Shown: piece by piece, positions 1 to 11,757 of the stretch
Numbering within the stretch: position 1 is the stretch's first letter
Layout: every line of letters starts with the position of its first letter
NCBI GenBank assembly: GCA_963555825.3
Contig: CAUVXB020000001.1
Coordinates: forward strand, 320,001 to 384,000
Direction of reading: 5' to 3'
From: Alphaproteobacteria bacterium
GTDB lineage: Bacteria > Pseudomonadota > Alphaproteobacteria > JAAXGF01
DNA length: 64,000 bases
Translations under genes and position numbers: made by a program
The notes under the pieces: generated by a model
The model's database searches: none
What the model was told of the DNA's origin: nothing
Seen by the model: the letters and a program-made list of their open reading frames with translations, nothing else

Positions 1-139
1 CTGAACCTGAACCGGCAACCGCTTCGAGCGTTGCCGATTCAACGCGCTTTGCGTCTCCTTGTCGGCGAAGCTCTTGATCACGGCGTGTAATAACGTGGCA
101 CGTTATTAACGTCAAACGTTATTGTATCGAGGATGGCGA

Positions 140-610
140 TCACGTGCGTGCCATACGATCGAGCGCGCCCTGCAGGATGTAGGCCGCCGCCATCTTGTCG
201 ACGACCTCGGCGCGGCGCTTGCGCGAGACATCGGCCTCGATCAGCGTGCGCTCCGCCGCGACGGTCGACAGCCGCTCGTCCCAGAAGGCGACCGGGATGT
301 CGATCTTGGCCAGCAGGTTGGCGGCGAACTGACGCACCGACTGGCAGCGCGGCCCCTCGCTGCCGTCCATGTTGATCGGCAGGCCGATGACCAGGCCGCC
401 GACGTCGTTTTCGTCGATCAGCCGGCGCAGCGTTTCGACGTCCAGTGTGAACTTCGAGCGCCGGATCGTCTGGCGCGGCGTCGCGACGATGCGGCCGACG
501 TCCGAGAACGCGATGCCGATCGTCTTGGCGCCGACGTCGAGGCCCATCAGCCGCTGGCCGGGACCGAGCGCCAGCGCCTCGACGGAGCCGAGTGGTGCGC
601 GTTCGGTCAT
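140..610 (-). CDS. ruvX: Holliday junction resolvase-like / pre-16S rRNA nuclease RuvX (YqgF)
   Basis: MTERAP...LMGLDVGAKTIGIAFSD...GLVIGLPINMDGSEG...WDERLST...VDKMAAAYILQ; ATG at 610 overlaps the upstream stop. Confidence 0.93.
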   Translation of the reverse strand: MTERAPLGSVEALALGPGQRLMGLDVGAKTIGIAFSDVGRIVATPRQTIRRSKFTLDVETLRRLIDENDVGGLVIGLPINMDGSEGPRCQSVRQFAANLLAKIDIPVAFWDERLSTVAAERTLIEADVSRKRRAEVVDKMAAAYILQGALDRMART

Positions 611-1455
611 GGCTGCCGGGCCGCCGCCGTATAGGCGTTGTTCAGGGCGCGCGTCGCCGGGCCGGCGGTGCCGTCGCCGATCGGATGGCCGTCGAGCGCG
701 ACCAGCGGGCAGACGCCGATCAGGCTGTTGGTCAGGAAGGCCTCGTCGGCCTCGGCGAGCCGTTCGAGCGACAGAATCGTCTCGTGCACGCCGAGGTCGA
801 GCCCGGCCGCCAGCTCGATTACCGCCCGGCGGGTGATGCCGGGCAGGGCGCCTTCGGTCAATGCCGGGGTGACGAGCGTGCCGCCGGAATCGATTGCGAA
901 GACATTGGCGGCGCTTGCCTCGGCGATATTGCCGGCGGTGTTCAGCATGAGCGCCTCGGCCGCGCCGCGCGATGCCGCCTCGTTGCGCGCGATGACGTTG
1001 TCGAGATAACTCATATGCTTGATCGACGCAGTCGGCGAATGCTCGTTGCGCCGGACCGAGGCGGTCACCGCGGTCATCGTCTGGGGCGGGGCCGACGCGG
1101 CGGTCGCCGTCAGCAGCAGGGTCGGCTGCGGATCGGCCGGCGCCAGCAAACCGCGCTGGCCGACCCCGTGGCTCAGCGTCAGGCGCAGCGCGGCGCACCC
1201 CCGCGCCAGGCCGTTCGCCTCGAGCACAGCCTGCACGGCGCGGCCGACGTCGTCGTCGTCCACCGGCACCGGGATGCCGAGCAGCGCGGCGCCTGTGCGC
1301 AACCGCGCGAGGTGCTCGGCCAGCCGATAGACGTAACCGTCGGCGGCGGCGAAGGTCTCGAAGACGCCGTCGCCGAGCAGGAAGCCGCGGTCGCGCGGAT
1401 CGATCCGCGCCGCGTCGGCCGCGACCAGGTCACCGTTCAGCCAGACGGTGCTCAT
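607..1455 (-). CDS. Class IV PLP aminotransferase, probably 4-amino-4-deoxychorismate lyase
   Basis: VWLNG...DRGFLLGDGVFET...HLARL...KHMSYLDN...AEASAANVF...LPGITR; directly downstream of pabB/pabA-like genes, so PabC role is inferred from context. Confidence 0.85.
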   Translation of the reverse strand: MSTVWLNGDLVAADAARIDPRDRGFLLGDGVFETFAAADGYVYRLAEHLARLRTGAALLGIPVPVDDDDVGRAVQAVLEANGLARGCAALRLTLSHGVGQRGLLAPADPQPTLLLTATAASAPPQTMTAVTASVRRNEHSPTASIKHMSYLDNVIARNEAASRGAAEALMLNTAGNIAEASAANVFAIDSGGTLVTPALTEGALPGITRRAVIELAAGLDLGVHETILSLERLAEADEAFLTNSLIGVCPLVALDGHPIGDGTAGPATRALNNAYTAAARQP

Positions 1456-2045
1456 CGCCGATCCTGGGTATTTTGCCACTCGTCGGCGCGGCGCAGGAAG
1501 TTCTTCAAGAGGTCGTGGCCGCGCTCGGTAAGCACCGATTCGGGGTGGAACTGCACGCCGACCACCGGGAACCAGCGGTGTGCCAGCGCCATCACCTCGC
1601 CCTCGTCGGTATAGGCGGTCGCCTCGAGACCGGTCGCCGCCTCGATGTCGACGACAAGCGAATGATAGCGCCCGACGCGCAACGGGTTGGGCAGCCCGGC
1701 GAAGACGCCGTGGTCGTCGTGGCTGATGCGCGAGATCTTGCCGTGAACCGGGCGTTGCGCGCGCCGCACCGTGCCGCCGTACACCTGGCCGATGCATTGG
1801 TGGCCCAGGCAGACGCCGAGGATCGGCACCCGTTCGCCGAGGCGGCGCACGACGTCGAGCGAGACGCCGGCGTCGTCGGGCGTGCCCGGGCCGGGCGACA
1901 GGATGATGGCCTCGGGCATCTCGGCGGCGATGTCGTCGACGTCGATCGCATCGTTGCGCACGACACGGCGCTCGCGGCCCAGCTCGCCGACGTAACGCGC
2001 GATGTTGTGGACGAAGGAATCGTAATTGTCGATCAGCAGGATCAT
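1452..2045 (-). CDS. pabA: Aminodeoxychorismate/anthranilate synthase component II (glutamine amidotransferase)
   Basis: [11 protein letters not shown]...SPGPGTP...GVCLGHQ...RYHSL...GVQFHPES. Confidence 0.9.
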   Translation of the reverse strand: MILLIDNYDSFVHNIARYVGELGRERRVVRNDAIDVDDIAAEMPEAIILSPGPGTPDDAGVSLDVVRRLGERVPILGVCLGHQCIGQVYGGTVRRAQRPVHGKISRISHDDHGVFAGLPNPLRVGRYHSLVVDIEAATGLEATAYTDEGEVMALAHRWFPVVGVQFHPESVLTERGHDLLKNFLRRADEWQNTQDRR

Positions 2046-3502
2046 GGCCCGGCCGTGCCGCCCGCGAAGCAGTCGATCATCGCGCGCGCCTTGTCGAGCG
2101 TCTCGTCGTATTCGGACGCCGGCTCTGAATCGGCGACGATGCCGCCGCCGACCTGGAACACGGCGGCGTCGTCCTTGAAGGCGACGACGCGGATCGCGAT
2201 CGACGTGTCCATCGCGCCGTCGAAGCCGATATAGCCGATCGCGCCGCAATAGGGGCCGCGCCGCGTCGGCTCCAGCTCGGCGATGATCTCCATCGCGCGC
2301 ACCTTCGGCGCACCGGTGATCGAGCCGCCTGGGAAGGCCGCGCGCAACAAATCGACCGGCCCCTTGCCGTCTTCGAGCCGCCCGGTCACCGTCGAGACCA
2401 GGTGGTGGACCGTCGCGTAGCTTTCGAGCGCGCAGAGTTCCGGCACCTCGACCGTGTGGTCGCGGCAGACGCGCGACAGGTCGTTGCGCAGCAGATCGAC
2501 GATCATGACGTTCTCGCTCAGGTCCTTCTCGCTCTCGGTGAGTTCACGGGCGAGGGCGGCGTCCGCGTCGGCGGTAGCACCCCTCGGCCGCGTGCCCTTG
2601 ATCGGCCGGGTCTCGACCGTGCCACCGTCGATTTTGACGAAGCGCTCCGGCGAGCTCGACGCGATCGTGACGTCGCCGAACCCGAGATAGGCGGCGAAGG
2701 GTGCCGGGCTGGCCGCGCGCAGCCGCCGGTAGAAGTCGAAGCGGTCGAAATCCGCCGGCAGCTCGGCGCGGAAGCGCTGCGACAGGTTGACCTGAAAGAC
2801 GTCGCCCGCCCAGATGTACTCGACGACCCTGGCGACCGCCGCCTCGTATGCTTCCCGCGTGAAATTCGAGACCGGCTCGATGGCGCCCGATGGCGGCGGG
2901 GCGGGCGGCGTCTCGGCGGCGGCCAGGGAGTCCGAGAACGCGTCGGCGCGTTCGGCGGCGCGTCGGGCGCGGACATCGGCGTCGGTCTCGGGCCAGCCGC
3001 TCGAGACGATCCAGGCGCGCCGCTCGGCGATATCAAACGTGGCAACCACGTCGTAGAAGCCGAGCATCATGTCGGGAAAGGCCATGTCGTCGCCGGCCGG
3101 GCCGGCCAAGTCTTCCAGATAGTGGCAGAGGTCGTAGCCGAAATAGCCCAGGGCGCCGCCCTGGAATGGCGGCAGCCCGGCCACCGTGGCCATCGGGTAT
3201 CTTGCCAGCAGTTGCTCGAGCGCGTCGAACGGGTCGCCCATGACGCAGTCGCCATCGATGCAGACGTCGCCGTCCTTGGCGGTCAGCGTCAGGAATGGTC
3301 GCGCCGCGATGATGGCGTGGCGCGCCATGTCCGAGCTGCTCGGCGGGGCGTCCAGCAACACCGCGAACGGCTCGTCCGCGAACGCTGAAAAGGCGCTCAA
3401 CGGCTCGATGAATTCGATTTCCCGGACAATCGGCTCGACCATTGCGGGGGGTGCCTCGGACGCCCGCACGGGGTGTCCCTGCGCGGGCTTGCGATGGGTC
3501 AT
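2042..3502 (-). CDS. pabB: Aminodeoxychorismate synthase component I
   Basis: [57 protein letters not shown]; start may instead be 3442. Confidence 0.9.
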   Translation of the reverse strand: MTHRKPAQGHPVRASEAPPAMVEPIVREIEFIEPLSAFSAFADEPFAVLLDAPPSSSDMARHAIIAARPFLTLTAKDGDVCIDGDCVMGDPFDALEQLLARYPMATVAGLPPFQGGALGYFGYDLCHYLEDLAGPAGDDMAFPDMMLGFYDVVATFDIAERRAWIVSSGWPETDADVRARRAAERADAFSDSLAAAETPPAPPPSGAIEPVSNFTREAYEAAVARVVEYIWAGDVFQVNLSQRFRAELPADFDRFDFYRRLRAASPAPFAAYLGFGDVTIASSSPERFVKIDGGTVETRPIKGTRPRGATADADAALARELTESEKDLSENVMIVDLLRNDLSRVCRDHTVEVPELCALESYATVHHLVSTVTGRLEDGKGPVDLLRAAFPGGSITGAPKVRAMEIIAELEPTRRGPYCGAIGYIGFDGAMDTSIAIRVVAFKDDAAVFQVGGGIVADSEPASEYDETLDKARAMIDCFAGGTAGP

Positions 3503-3590
3503 GGCGGGTGCTAACGTGCCGGCGCAAAATGGCCCGAAAGCCCATATCTCCTTGGCTTTCGGCTCGGTTCTTCGGGGCGGACAATGTCAC

Positions 3591-3878
3591 ATGCCGATCG
3601 ATAAATCCACCGTGGCGAAAATCGCCCGGCTCGCGCGGATCGACGTGCCCGACGACAAGCGCGAGGCACTCGCCGGCGAGCTGTCGAATATCCTGAGCTG
3701 GGTCGAGCAGCTCGCCGAGGTCGATACCGACGGCGTGCCGCCGATGACCAGTGTGGTCGAGGTGACACTGCCCGAGCGCGCCGACGTGGTCGACGACGGC
3801 GACTGCCGCGAGGACATCCTGGCCAACGCGCCCGAGAGCGACGATGGTTTCTTCGTCGTGCCCAAGGTCGTCGAGTGA
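3591..3878 (+). CDS. gatC: Asp/Glu-tRNA amidotransferase subunit C
   Basis: [17 protein letters not shown]...VDTDGVPPM...[17 protein letters not shown], 95 aa, first gene of gatCAB. Confidence 0.95.
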   Translation: MPIDKSTVAKIARLARIDVPDDKREALAGELSNILSWVEQLAEVDTDGVPPMTSVVEVTLPERADVVDDGDCREDILANAPESDDGFFVVPKVVE

Positions 3879-5350
3879 CGGCCGCCTTGACAGAGTTTTC
3901 ACTGGCCGAGGCGCGTGACGGCCTGGCGGCCGGCGACTTCTCGTCGCAAGAGCTGACCGAGGCGCATATCGTTGCGATCGAGTCGGCGCGCGACCTCAAC
4001 GCATTCATCACCGAGACGCCCGAGCGCGCGTTGGCGATGGCCGATGCATCGGACGCACGCCGCGCAACCGGCGAGGGCGGCGCGCTCGACGGCTTGCCGA
4101 TCATCATCAAGGACCTCTATTGCACCAAGGGCGTGCGCACCACCGCCGGCTCGCACATCCTGGACGGTTTCGTGCCGACCTATGAATCGACGGTGACGGC
4201 GAAGCTCTGGGACGCCGGCGCGGTGATGCTCGGCAAGGCCAATATGGACGAGTTCGCCATGGGCTCGTCGAACATGTTCTCGTTCGCCGGGCCCGCGATC
4301 AGCCCGTGGCGCCGCGCCGGCGACGACCGGCCGCTGGTGCCCGGCGGCTCGTCGGGTGGTTCGGCGGCGGCGATCGCGGCGCGCATCGCGCTGGCCGGCA
4401 CCGGCACCGACACCGGCGGCTCGATACGCCAGCCTGCCTCGTTCTCGGGCATCGTCGGCCTGAAACCGACCTATGGACGCTGCTCACGCTGGGGCATCGT
4501 CGCCTTCGCCTCGTCGCTCGACCAAGCCGGCCCGTTGACGCGCACGGTGCGCGACGCCGCGATCATGCTGGGCGCCATGGCCGGCCGCGACGTCAAGGAC
4601 TCGACCTCGGTCGATGCGCCTGTGCCTGACTACGAGGCCGCGCTGACCGGCGACGTCAGGGGCCTGCGCGTCGGCATCCCCACTGAGTACCGCGTCGACG
4701 GCATGCCCGCCGAGATCGATGCGCTGTGGCGTGACGGCGTCGCCTGGCTCGAGGGGCAGGGCGCCGAGACGGTCGAGATCAGTCTGCCGCACACGTCTTA
4801 CGCGCTGCCGACCTATTATATCGTCGCGCCGGCCGAGGCGTCGTCGAACCTGGCGCGCTACGACGGCATGCGCTACGGCCTGCGCGTCGCCTCCGACGAC
4901 CTGACCGAGATGTACGAGAAGACCCGCGCCGCCGGCTTCGGGCCTGAGGTCCAGCGGCGCGTGATGATCGGCGCCTATGTGCTGTCGGCGGGCTATTACG
5001 ATGCCTATTACCTCAAGGCGCAGCGCGTGCGCACGCTGATCGCCCGGGACTTCCAGGGCGCCTTCGGCACGGTCAATGTGGTGCTGACGCCGACCGCGCC
5101 GTCGGACGCCTTCGCCGTCGGCGACAAGGCCGACGACCCGATCGCGATGTACCTCAACGATGTCTTCACCGTGCCGGCGAGCCTCGCCGGCCTGCCGGCG
5201 ATCTCGGTGCCGGCCGGCCTCTCGGCCGACGGCCTGCCGCTCGGCCTACAGTTGATCGGTCGGCCGTTCGACGAGGAGACCGTGCTGCGCGCCGCACAGG
5301 CGCTCGAGACCGCGGCCCAGTTCACCGCGCGGCCCGGAGGCATCGGCTGA
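3875..5350 (+). CDS. gatA: Asp/Glu-tRNA amidotransferase subunit A
   Basis: [43 protein letters not shown]. Confidence 0.97.
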   Translation: MTAALTEFSLAEARDGLAAGDFSSQELTEAHIVAIESARDLNAFITETPERALAMADASDARRATGEGGALDGLPIIIKDLYCTKGVRTTAGSHILDGFVPTYESTVTAKLWDAGAVMLGKANMDEFAMGSSNMFSFAGPAISPWRRAGDDRPLVPGGSSGGSAAAIAARIALAGTGTDTGGSIRQPASFSGIVGLKPTYGRCSRWGIVAFASSLDQAGPLTRTVRDAAIMLGAMAGRDVKDSTSVDAPVPDYEAALTGDVRGLRVGIPTEYRVDGMPAEIDALWRDGVAWLEGQGAETVEISLPHTSYALPTYYIVAPAEASSNLARYDGMRYGLRVASDDLTEMYEKTRAAGFGPEVQRRVMIGAYVLSAGYYDAYYLKAQRVRTLIARDFQGAFGTVNVVLTPTAPSDAFAVGDKADDPIAMYLNDVFTVPASLAGLPAISVPAGLSADGLPLGLQLIGRPFDEETVLRAAQALETAAQFTARPGGIG

Positions 5351-6834
5351 TGGCCGCCCTGATCGAAGGCCGCAGCGGCCCGTGGGAGATGGTCATCGGC
5401 CTCGAGATCCACGCCCAGGTGGCCTCCGAGGCCAAGCTGTTCTCGGGTGCGAGCACCGCCTTCGGCGCCGAGCCCAACAGCCAAGTCAGCCTCGTCGACG
5501 CCGCGATGCCCGGCATGCTGCCGGTGATCAACGCGTATTGCATCGAGCAGGCGGTGCGCACCGGCCTCGCGCTCGGCGCCGAGATCAACCTGGTCTCGGT
5601 GTTCGACCGCAAGAACTTCTTCTACCCCGACCTGCCGCCGGGCTATCAGATATCGCAGTTCAGCCAGCCGATCGTCGGCAAGGGCCGCGTCGCCGTCGAC
5701 GTTGAGGGCGGCGCGACGCGCGAGGTCGGCATAACGCGCCTACATCTCGAACAAGACGCCGGCAAGAGCATTCACGACCGCGCCCCGAACGCGACGCACG
5801 TCGACCTCAACCGGGCGGGCGTCGCGCTGATGGAGATCGTCTCCGAGCCCGACATCCGGAGCCCCGAAGAGGCCGGTGCGTATCTGCGCAAGATACGCTC
5901 GATCCTGCGCTACATCGGCTCGTGCGACGGCAACATGGAACAGGGCTCGATGCGCTGCGACGTCAACGTCTCGATGCGTCGGCCGGGTGAGGCGCTGGGC
6001 ACCCGCACCGAGACCAAGAACGTCAACTCGGTGCGCTTCGTCATGCGCGCGATCGAATACGAAGCGGCGCGCCAGGTCGAGCTGCTTGAGGACGGCGGCA
6101 CGGTCGACCTGGAGACTCGCCTGTTCGACCCCGACCGCGGCGAGACCCGGTCGATGCGCTCGAAGGAAGAATCGCACGACTACCGTTATTTCCCCGACCC
6201 GGACCTGTTGCCGCTGACGCTCGATCAGGCCTGGGTCGACGAGATCGCCGCAGGCCTGCCGGAACTGCCGGATACAAAGAAGGCGCGCTTCATCGAGGTC
6301 TATGGCCTGACGCCGGCCGACGCCGGCCAACTCGTCGCCGAGCGCGACAGCGCCGATTACTTCGAGGCGGTCGCCGAGGGGCGCGCCGCCAAGACCGCGG
6401 CGAACTGGGTGCTCCACGACCTCTTCGGGGCGCTCAACAAGGCCGACCTCGAGATCGCCGCGTCGCCCGTCTCGGCCGCGGCACTGGGCGGCCTCATCGA
6501 CCTGATCGCCGACGACACGATCTCGGGGCGCATCGCCAAGGACGTCTTCGCCGAGATGTTCGAAACCGGCAACGAGGCCGCCGCCATCGTCGAGGCCAAG
6601 GGTCTCAAACAGGTCACCGACGAAGGCGCAATCGAAGCGATCGTCGATGCGATCATCGCCGACAACCCGGACCAGGCGGCCCAGTTCGCCGCGAGCCCCA
6701 AGGTCATCGGCTGGTTCGTTGGCCAGGTCATGAAAGCCACGCAAGGCACGGCCAATCCGGCTATGGTGAACCAGATCTTGCGGAAGAAGCTGGGCGGCGG
6801 GAAAGGCGCGCCGCGCCGAGGAGGGCAGCCATGA
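5350..6834 (+). CDS. gatB: Asp/Glu-tRNA amidotransferase subunit B
   Basis: [39 protein letters not shown]. Confidence 0.97.
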   Translation: MAALIEGRSGPWEMVIGLEIHAQVASEAKLFSGASTAFGAEPNSQVSLVDAAMPGMLPVINAYCIEQAVRTGLALGAEINLVSVFDRKNFFYPDLPPGYQISQFSQPIVGKGRVAVDVEGGATREVGITRLHLEQDAGKSIHDRAPNATHVDLNRAGVALMEIVSEPDIRSPEEAGAYLRKIRSILRYIGSCDGNMEQGSMRCDVNVSMRRPGEALGTRTETKNVNSVRFVMRAIEYEAARQVELLEDGGTVDLETRLFDPDRGETRSMRSKEESHDYRYFPDPDLLPLTLDQAWVDEIAAGLPELPDTKKARFIEVYGLTPADAGQLVAERDSADYFEAVAEGRAAKTAANWVLHDLFGALNKADLEIAASPVSAAALGGLIDLIADDTISGRIAKDVFAEMFETGNEAAAIVEAKGLKQVTDEGAIEAIVDAIIADNPDQAAQFAASPKVIGWFVGQVMKATQGTANPAMVNQILRKKLGGGKGAPRRGGQP

Positions 6835-8822
6835 TGACAGAGTTTCCGACGCTGTTCACGCCGATCAAGCTGCGCCATGTGACGCTGGACAACCGCATCG
6901 TGTTCGGCGCGCATACCGCCAACATGGCCGAGGACGGGCTGCCGGTCGATCGGCACTTCGGCTATTACCGCGAGCGCGCCAGGGGCGGCGCGGCGATGAT
7001 CGTCGTCGAGCCGGCGCCGGCGCACCGCACCGGCGTCCTGATCCGCGCCAACTTCCGCCATGGCGACGACAGCGTCGTGCCGCATTTCCGGCGCATCACC
7101 GACGAGTGCCACGGCCACGGCACGGTGATGTGCCACCAAATCTACCACGTCGGCGGCCACGGCGATCAGGACAACTCGTGGGAGCCCTATTGGTCGCCGT
7201 CGGGGGTCCCGTCGATGCACGATCCGTGGGGCAGCCACGCGGTGACAGAGGCCGAGATCGAGGAACTGATCGAGGGCTTCGTGGCGCAGGCGCGCATCGA
7301 CAGGGATTCGGGCTTCGACGGCGTCGATATCTTCGCCGGCTACAACTGTCTGGTCGACCAGTTCTGGTCGCCGCTGACCAACAAGCGCGACGACAAGTGG
7401 GGCGGCTCGCTCGAGAATCGCGTCCGCTTCGCCGTCGAGGTCACCAGCCGGATCCGCGAGATGGCGGGCGACAATTTTATCATCGGCATGACCGTCTCGG
7501 GCGCCGAGCCGTCGCCCGGCGGCCTCTCGCTCGCCGACAAGCAGGAGATTGCCGCCTATCTCGATCAGCGCGGCCTGGTCGATTACTTCTCGGTCGGCGT
7601 CGGCAGCTATCTGTTCGGTTTCTCGCAGATCGTGCCGAGCTTCCATTACGACATGATGCTCGGCGTCGACGACGCACGCGCCTACAAGGAGGCGGTCAGC
7701 CACGCGTTGGTCACCTGCGAGGGCCGCGTCAAGACGCCGGCCAACGCCGAGAAGGTGATCTCGGAGGGCAATTCCGACCTGGTCAGCATCGTGCGCGGCC
7801 AGATCGCCGACCCGCATCTGGTCAACAAGGCGCGCGAAGGGCGGGCCGAGGACGTCCGTCCGTGCATCAACTGCAATCAGTTGTGTCTCGGGCGGCGCAT
7901 GCGCGAGAACTGGATCTCGTGCCTCGCCAACCCGTCGGTCGGCCGCGAGTTCGAGTGGGGCGGTGATGCGCCGCCGGCCGCCGAGACGCCGCGCGACGTG
8001 CTGGTCGTCGGCGGCGGGCCCGGTGGCATGGAGACCGCGCGGGTCGCCGCCGAGCGGGGACATCGCGTGACGCTCGCCGAGAGCGGCGCCGCGCTGGGCG
8101 GCCAGTTCCGCCTCGCCGCCGGCCAGCCCGAGCGTGGCGAGATCAGCCAGCTCCTGACCTGGTTCGAGACCCAGCTCGAGAAGCTGCAGGTGCGCGTCCA
8201 GCTGCGCACCGAGATGAGCGCCGAGGATATCGTGGCGTCGGGCGCCGATGTGGTCGTGCTGTCGACTGGCTCGACGCCGTCGCGCGAAGGTTTCCAGCGT
8301 GTGCTGCCGCATGTCGATCGCCTGCCGGGCGTCGACCAGGACAATGTCTGCACGATCCACGACGTGCTCGACGGTTCGGTCGTGCCGGGCAACAACGTGT
8401 TGCTGCTCGACGACATCAACGGCTGGTGGCCGGCGAGCGGCACCGCGCTGCACCTCGCCCTACAACGCCATACCGTCACCGTCGTCACGGCGTCGGAACA
8501 AGCGGCCGGCCAGCTCGACTACAGCCGCACCGGCGACACCACGCGCGAGCGTTTCATGAAGTACGGCATCGAGGTCGTGTTGGCCACCGCGCTGACCAAG
8601 TGGGACGGCAACACGGCGACGCTGGTCAACTTCTATACCGGCGAGGAAGAAACCCGCGAATTCGACTCGCTCGTGCTGGCCTGCACCAACCATCCGGAGA
8701 ACCGGCTGCAGGGCGAGCTCGCCGACGCCGGCCTCGAGGTCCACGAGATCGGCGACACGGTCGCAGCGCGCACCGCCTCGATGGCGTTCTACGAGGGGCG
8801 CAAGCTGGCGCTGAGCCTGTAG
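6831..8822 (+). CDS. NADH:flavin oxidoreductase (OYE barrel + 4Fe-4S + FAD/NAD domain)
   Basis: LFTPIKL...[29 protein letters not shown]-x11-C cluster motif, [12 protein letters not shown]. Confidence 0.9.
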   Translation: MMTEFPTLFTPIKLRHVTLDNRIVFGAHTANMAEDGLPVDRHFGYYRERARGGAAMIVVEPAPAHRTGVLIRANFRHGDDSVVPHFRRITDECHGHGTVMCHQIYHVGGHGDQDNSWEPYWSPSGVPSMHDPWGSHAVTEAEIEELIEGFVAQARIDRDSGFDGVDIFAGYNCLVDQFWSPLTNKRDDKWGGSLENRVRFAVEVTSRIREMAGDNFIIGMTVSGAEPSPGGLSLADKQEIAAYLDQRGLVDYFSVGVGSYLFGFSQIVPSFHYDMMLGVDDARAYKEAVSHALVTCEGRVKTPANAEKVISEGNSDLVSIVRGQIADPHLVNKAREGRAEDVRPCINCNQLCLGRRMRENWISCLANPSVGREFEWGGDAPPAAETPRDVLVVGGGPGGMETARVAAERGHRVTLAESGAALGGQFRLAAGQPERGEISQLLTWFETQLEKLQVRVQLRTEMSAEDIVASGADVVVLSTGSTPSREGFQRVLPHVDRLPGVDQDNVCTIHDVLDGSVVPGNNVLLLDDINGWWPASGTALHLALQRHTVTVVTASEQAAGQLDYSRTGDTTRERFMKYGIEVVLATALTKWDGNTATLVNFYTGEEETREFDSLVLACTNHPENRLQGELADAGLEVHEIGDTVAARTASMAFYEGRKLALSL

Positions 8823-8868
8823 GCTCGGCCGGCCGGCCCCGTCGCGTCGAAGGGTTGGGAAGATCGGC

Positions 8869-9501
8869 ATGAAGTGGCGGTGCATAGCGGCCATGGCCGC
8901 GGCGTTGCTGGCCGGCGGCGCGCCGCCGGCTGCCGCCGGGACGATCACCCTGGAGGGCATCGCCTTCTCGGATGAGCTCGGTGGTTTCGTGCTGGTCGAG
9001 GGCCGCGGCAGCGGTCGGCTCGACGATCCCTTCGTGCTGGTCGAGGTGATCACCGGCGACCGGCCGGCGATCATGACCATCCGCGGGCTCTCGCCGGCCT
9101 TCGGCAACCGTATCGGCTCGCACCACGCGGCCGGCTTCGCGATCACCAAGGTCGTGCGCAACGGCACCGATCAGACCTGGTCGGCCTACAACCTCGAACT
9201 GCGCGAAATCATCACCGCGCACAGCCCCTACGAGGACGGGCTCTCGTTCGGCCAGGCGTCGCAATCGGGCCGGCCGTTTGTTTCGGACCGTTACAGCGCC
9301 GCCATCGAGCACGACGAGCCCTACGACGGGGTCTCGTTCTCGGGCGGCCTGGTGCGGCCCGGCGAGACCGTGGTCTTCAGCTTCGTCGTCACCGACGCGT
9401 TGCCCAAACCGCTCATCTTCCTGCTGCAGAAACGCGGCGCGCCGATCGCCGGCGTCGCGCCCGATGACAGCGCCGATCGCGTAGTGATAGTGTCGCGCTG
9501 A
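8869..9501 (+). CDS. Exported hypothetical protein
   Basis: 210 aa ORF with signal-peptide-like N-terminus (MKWRCIAAMAAALLAGGAPPAAAG) and typical GC3 bias. Confidence 0.7.
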   Translation: MKWRCIAAMAAALLAGGAPPAAAGTITLEGIAFSDELGGFVLVEGRGSGRLDDPFVLVEVITGDRPAIMTIRGLSPAFGNRIGSHHAAGFAITKVVRNGTDQTWSAYNLELREIITAHSPYEDGLSFGQASQSGRPFVSDRYSAAIEHDEPYDGVSFSGGLVRPGETVVFSFVVTDALPKPLIFLLQKRGAPIAGVAPDDSADRVVIVSR

Positions 9502-9549
9502 CGCGGCGCCGGGCCGCGCGCCGTTTCCCCCGACCTCGAGCGCCATGAC

Positions 9550-10878
9550 ATGACGGCAACGAGCCACCTTGCCCGCGACACCAGCCTCGGCGGCGTGATC
9601 CGCACGATGAGCGCGCTCCTGCTCGGCGTCTCGGTGCTCTCGATGGGCTCGGGCGCGATGCTCGCGGTGATCGGCGTCCGGCTGTCGTCGGCCGGCGCGT
9701 CGACCATGATGATCGGCGCCGTCATGTCGGCTTACTTCCTGGGCGAGCTGATCGGCTCGATGTACGGCGGGCGCGTCATCGGCCGGGTCGGCCATATCCG
9801 CGCCTTCGCGGTGTTCGCCGCGATCGGCGCGGTCTCGACGCTGATGCTGGCGCTGATCGATTCGCTGCCCGTCTGGACGCTGCTGCGCTTCGTCGCCGGC
9901 TATTGCATCGCCGGGCTGGCGATGGTCGCGGAAAGCTGGCTCAATCATCGCGCCACCAACGCGACGCGCGGGCGCACGCTGTCGGTCTACATCATCGCGG
10001 TCAGCGCGGCCTTCGCGCTCGGTCCGCTGGCGCTCAACCTGGCCGATCCGAACGGCGACGAGCTGATCGTGGCGACCGGCATCCTGTTCGTGCTCGCGCT
10101 TTTGCCGGTCGCGCTGACGCGGACCGGCAATCCCGATATCGGCGAGCAGCGCCGGCTAGGCCTGCGCCGGCTTTTCGCGATCGCGCCGATGGGCGTGCTC
10201 GGCGCGCTGACCGTCGGCCTGGTCGAGAGCGCATTCTTCGGCCTCGCCGCGGTCTACGGCCAAGCGAGCGGAATGAGCCCGGCGCTGGTGTCGCTGTTCT
10301 TTTCGGTTTCGCTCGGCGGCCTCCTGGTCATGCAGTTCCCGATCGGTGCGCTGTCGGACCGCTTCGACCGCGAACGCGTCATCCTGGTCATCACGCTGGT
10401 TGCCGGCGCCGCCGCGCTCGCCATCGCCATCATCGGGACGATGCCGTTCGCCCTGCTGCTCGCGCTGACCTTCGTCATGGGCGGCCTGTCGAGCCCGCTC
10501 TATCCGTTGGCGCTCGCCGAGGCGAACGACTACCTCGAGACCGACGAGCTGGTGCCGGCGGCGGGCGCCATCCTGTTGGCCTACAGCCTGGGTGCGAGCG
10601 TTGGGCCACTCGCCGCCTCGGCGCTGATGGCGGCGGTCGGACCCGCCGGGCTTTACGGTTTCATCGCCGCCGTGTTGTTCGCTTTCGGAATATACGCGGC
10701 GCATCGCGTGCGCCAGGGCCTGGCCAAGCCGGCCGACGAGCAGACCCAGTTCCAGCCCGCCATGTCGCATGCCACGCCGCTCGCCGCCGGCCTCGACCCG
10801 CGCGGCCCGGAGGACCCGGCCTACGACACGAGCTGGGAGCGCGAAGAGTCCGACGACGGCGGCAAGGGGTGGTCGTAA
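9550..10878 (+). CDS. MFS transporter (YcaD-like)
   Basis: About 12 hydrophobic segments; GRVGHIRAF, ESWLN, GALSDRFDR motifs. Confidence 0.9.
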   Translation: MTATSHLARDTSLGGVIRTMSALLLGVSVLSMGSGAMLAVIGVRLSSAGASTMMIGAVMSAYFLGELIGSMYGGRVIGRVGHIRAFAVFAAIGAVSTLMLALIDSLPVWTLLRFVAGYCIAGLAMVAESWLNHRATNATRGRTLSVYIIAVSAAFALGPLALNLADPNGDELIVATGILFVLALLPVALTRTGNPDIGEQRRLGLRRLFAIAPMGVLGALTVGLVESAFFGLAAVYGQASGMSPALVSLFFSVSLGGLLVMQFPIGALSDRFDRERVILVITLVAGAAALAIAIIGTMPFALLLALTFVMGGLSSPLYPLALAEANDYLETDELVPAAGAILLAYSLGASVGPLAASALMAAVGPAGLYGFIAAVLFAFGIYAAHRVRQGLAKPADEQTQFQPAMSHATPLAAGLDPRGPEDPAYDTSWEREESDDGGKGWS

Positions 10879-10930
10879 CCGCCGGCCGCGCCCTATATGC
10901 TGGGATAACGGACCACGCCGGGAGGGAAAC

Positions 10931-11638
10931 GTGATCGATCTCTATACCTGCGCGACGCCCAACGGGCAGAAGCTCCACATCATGCTCGAGGAGGCCGGAC
11001 TCGACTACACCGAGCACTGGATCGACATCGGCAAGGGCGAGCAGTTCACAGCCGAGTTCCTGGCGATCAGCCCGAACAACAAAATTCCGGCGATCGTCGA
11101 CCAGGATGGCCCCGGCGGCGAACCCATGGCGCTGTTCGAATCGGGCGCCATCCTGTTCTACCTCGCCAAGAAAACCGGTCGTTTCCTGCCCGAGGACCCG
11201 CGCAAGCACTGGGACGTCATGCAGTGGCTGTTCTGGCAGATCGGCGGCTTCGGCCCGATGCTGGGCCAGGCGCATCACTTCAACGCCTACGCGCCGATGA
11301 ACCCGAGCGGCCCGGTGGTGCTGCCCTATGCCCAGGCGCGCTACACCAACGAGGCGGGGCGGCTCTACGGCGTGCTCGATCGCCAGCTGGCCCGACACGA
11401 ATACGTCGCCGCGGACGAGTACACCATCGCCGACATTGCTATCTTCCCGTGGTGCCGCCTTTACAATCGCCAAGAGCAGGACATCGACGACTTCCCCAAC
11501 GTCAAGCGCTGGTTCGTCACGGTCGGCCGGCGCCCCGCGGTCGAGCGCGACATGGGCAAGCTCGAGGACATCGTCGACGGCTGGGATGCCGAGAGTTGGG
11601 ACGTGTCCTTCGGCGGCCAGCAGTACGAGCGGCGGTAG
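10931..11638 (+). CDS. Glutathione S-transferase, YfcG/Nu-class-like
   Basis: GTG start after GGAGGG; TPNGQKLHIMLEE, SPNNKIPAI, FESGAIL, GPMLGQAHHF. Confidence 0.92.
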   Translation: MIDLYTCATPNGQKLHIMLEEAGLDYTEHWIDIGKGEQFTAEFLAISPNNKIPAIVDQDGPGGEPMALFESGAILFYLAKKTGRFLPEDPRKHWDVMQWLFWQIGGFGPMLGQAHHFNAYAPMNPSGPVVLPYAQARYTNEAGRLYGVLDRQLARHEYVAADEYTIADIAIFPWCRLYNRQEQDIDDFPNVKRWFVTVGRRPAVERDMGKLEDIVDGWDAESWDVSFGGQQYERR

Positions 11639-11671
11639 GTTCAACGACGCAGATACAGGGGCACAGATTTT

Positions 11672-11700
11672 GTAGGGGCGGGTTTGAAACCCGCCTCTAC
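11672..11700. repeat. GTAG-type REP-like palindrome
   Basis: GTAGGGGCGGGTTTGAAACCCGCCTCTAC: GTAG-tagged hairpin, intergenic, just after a stop codon. Confidence 0.7.
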
Positions 11701-11757
11701 GGGGCGGAATTCTCCGTGCCCTGGTATTTAAACATGACATTAGGAAAGGCGATCTAA

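Noticed and set aside
6357-8453. 698-aa antisense ORF and many other long overlapping ORFs (e.g. 12953-14575, 36103-37782, 43999-45477)
   Set aside because: Shadow frames of high-GC genes; Arg/Ala/Pro-rich with no motifs
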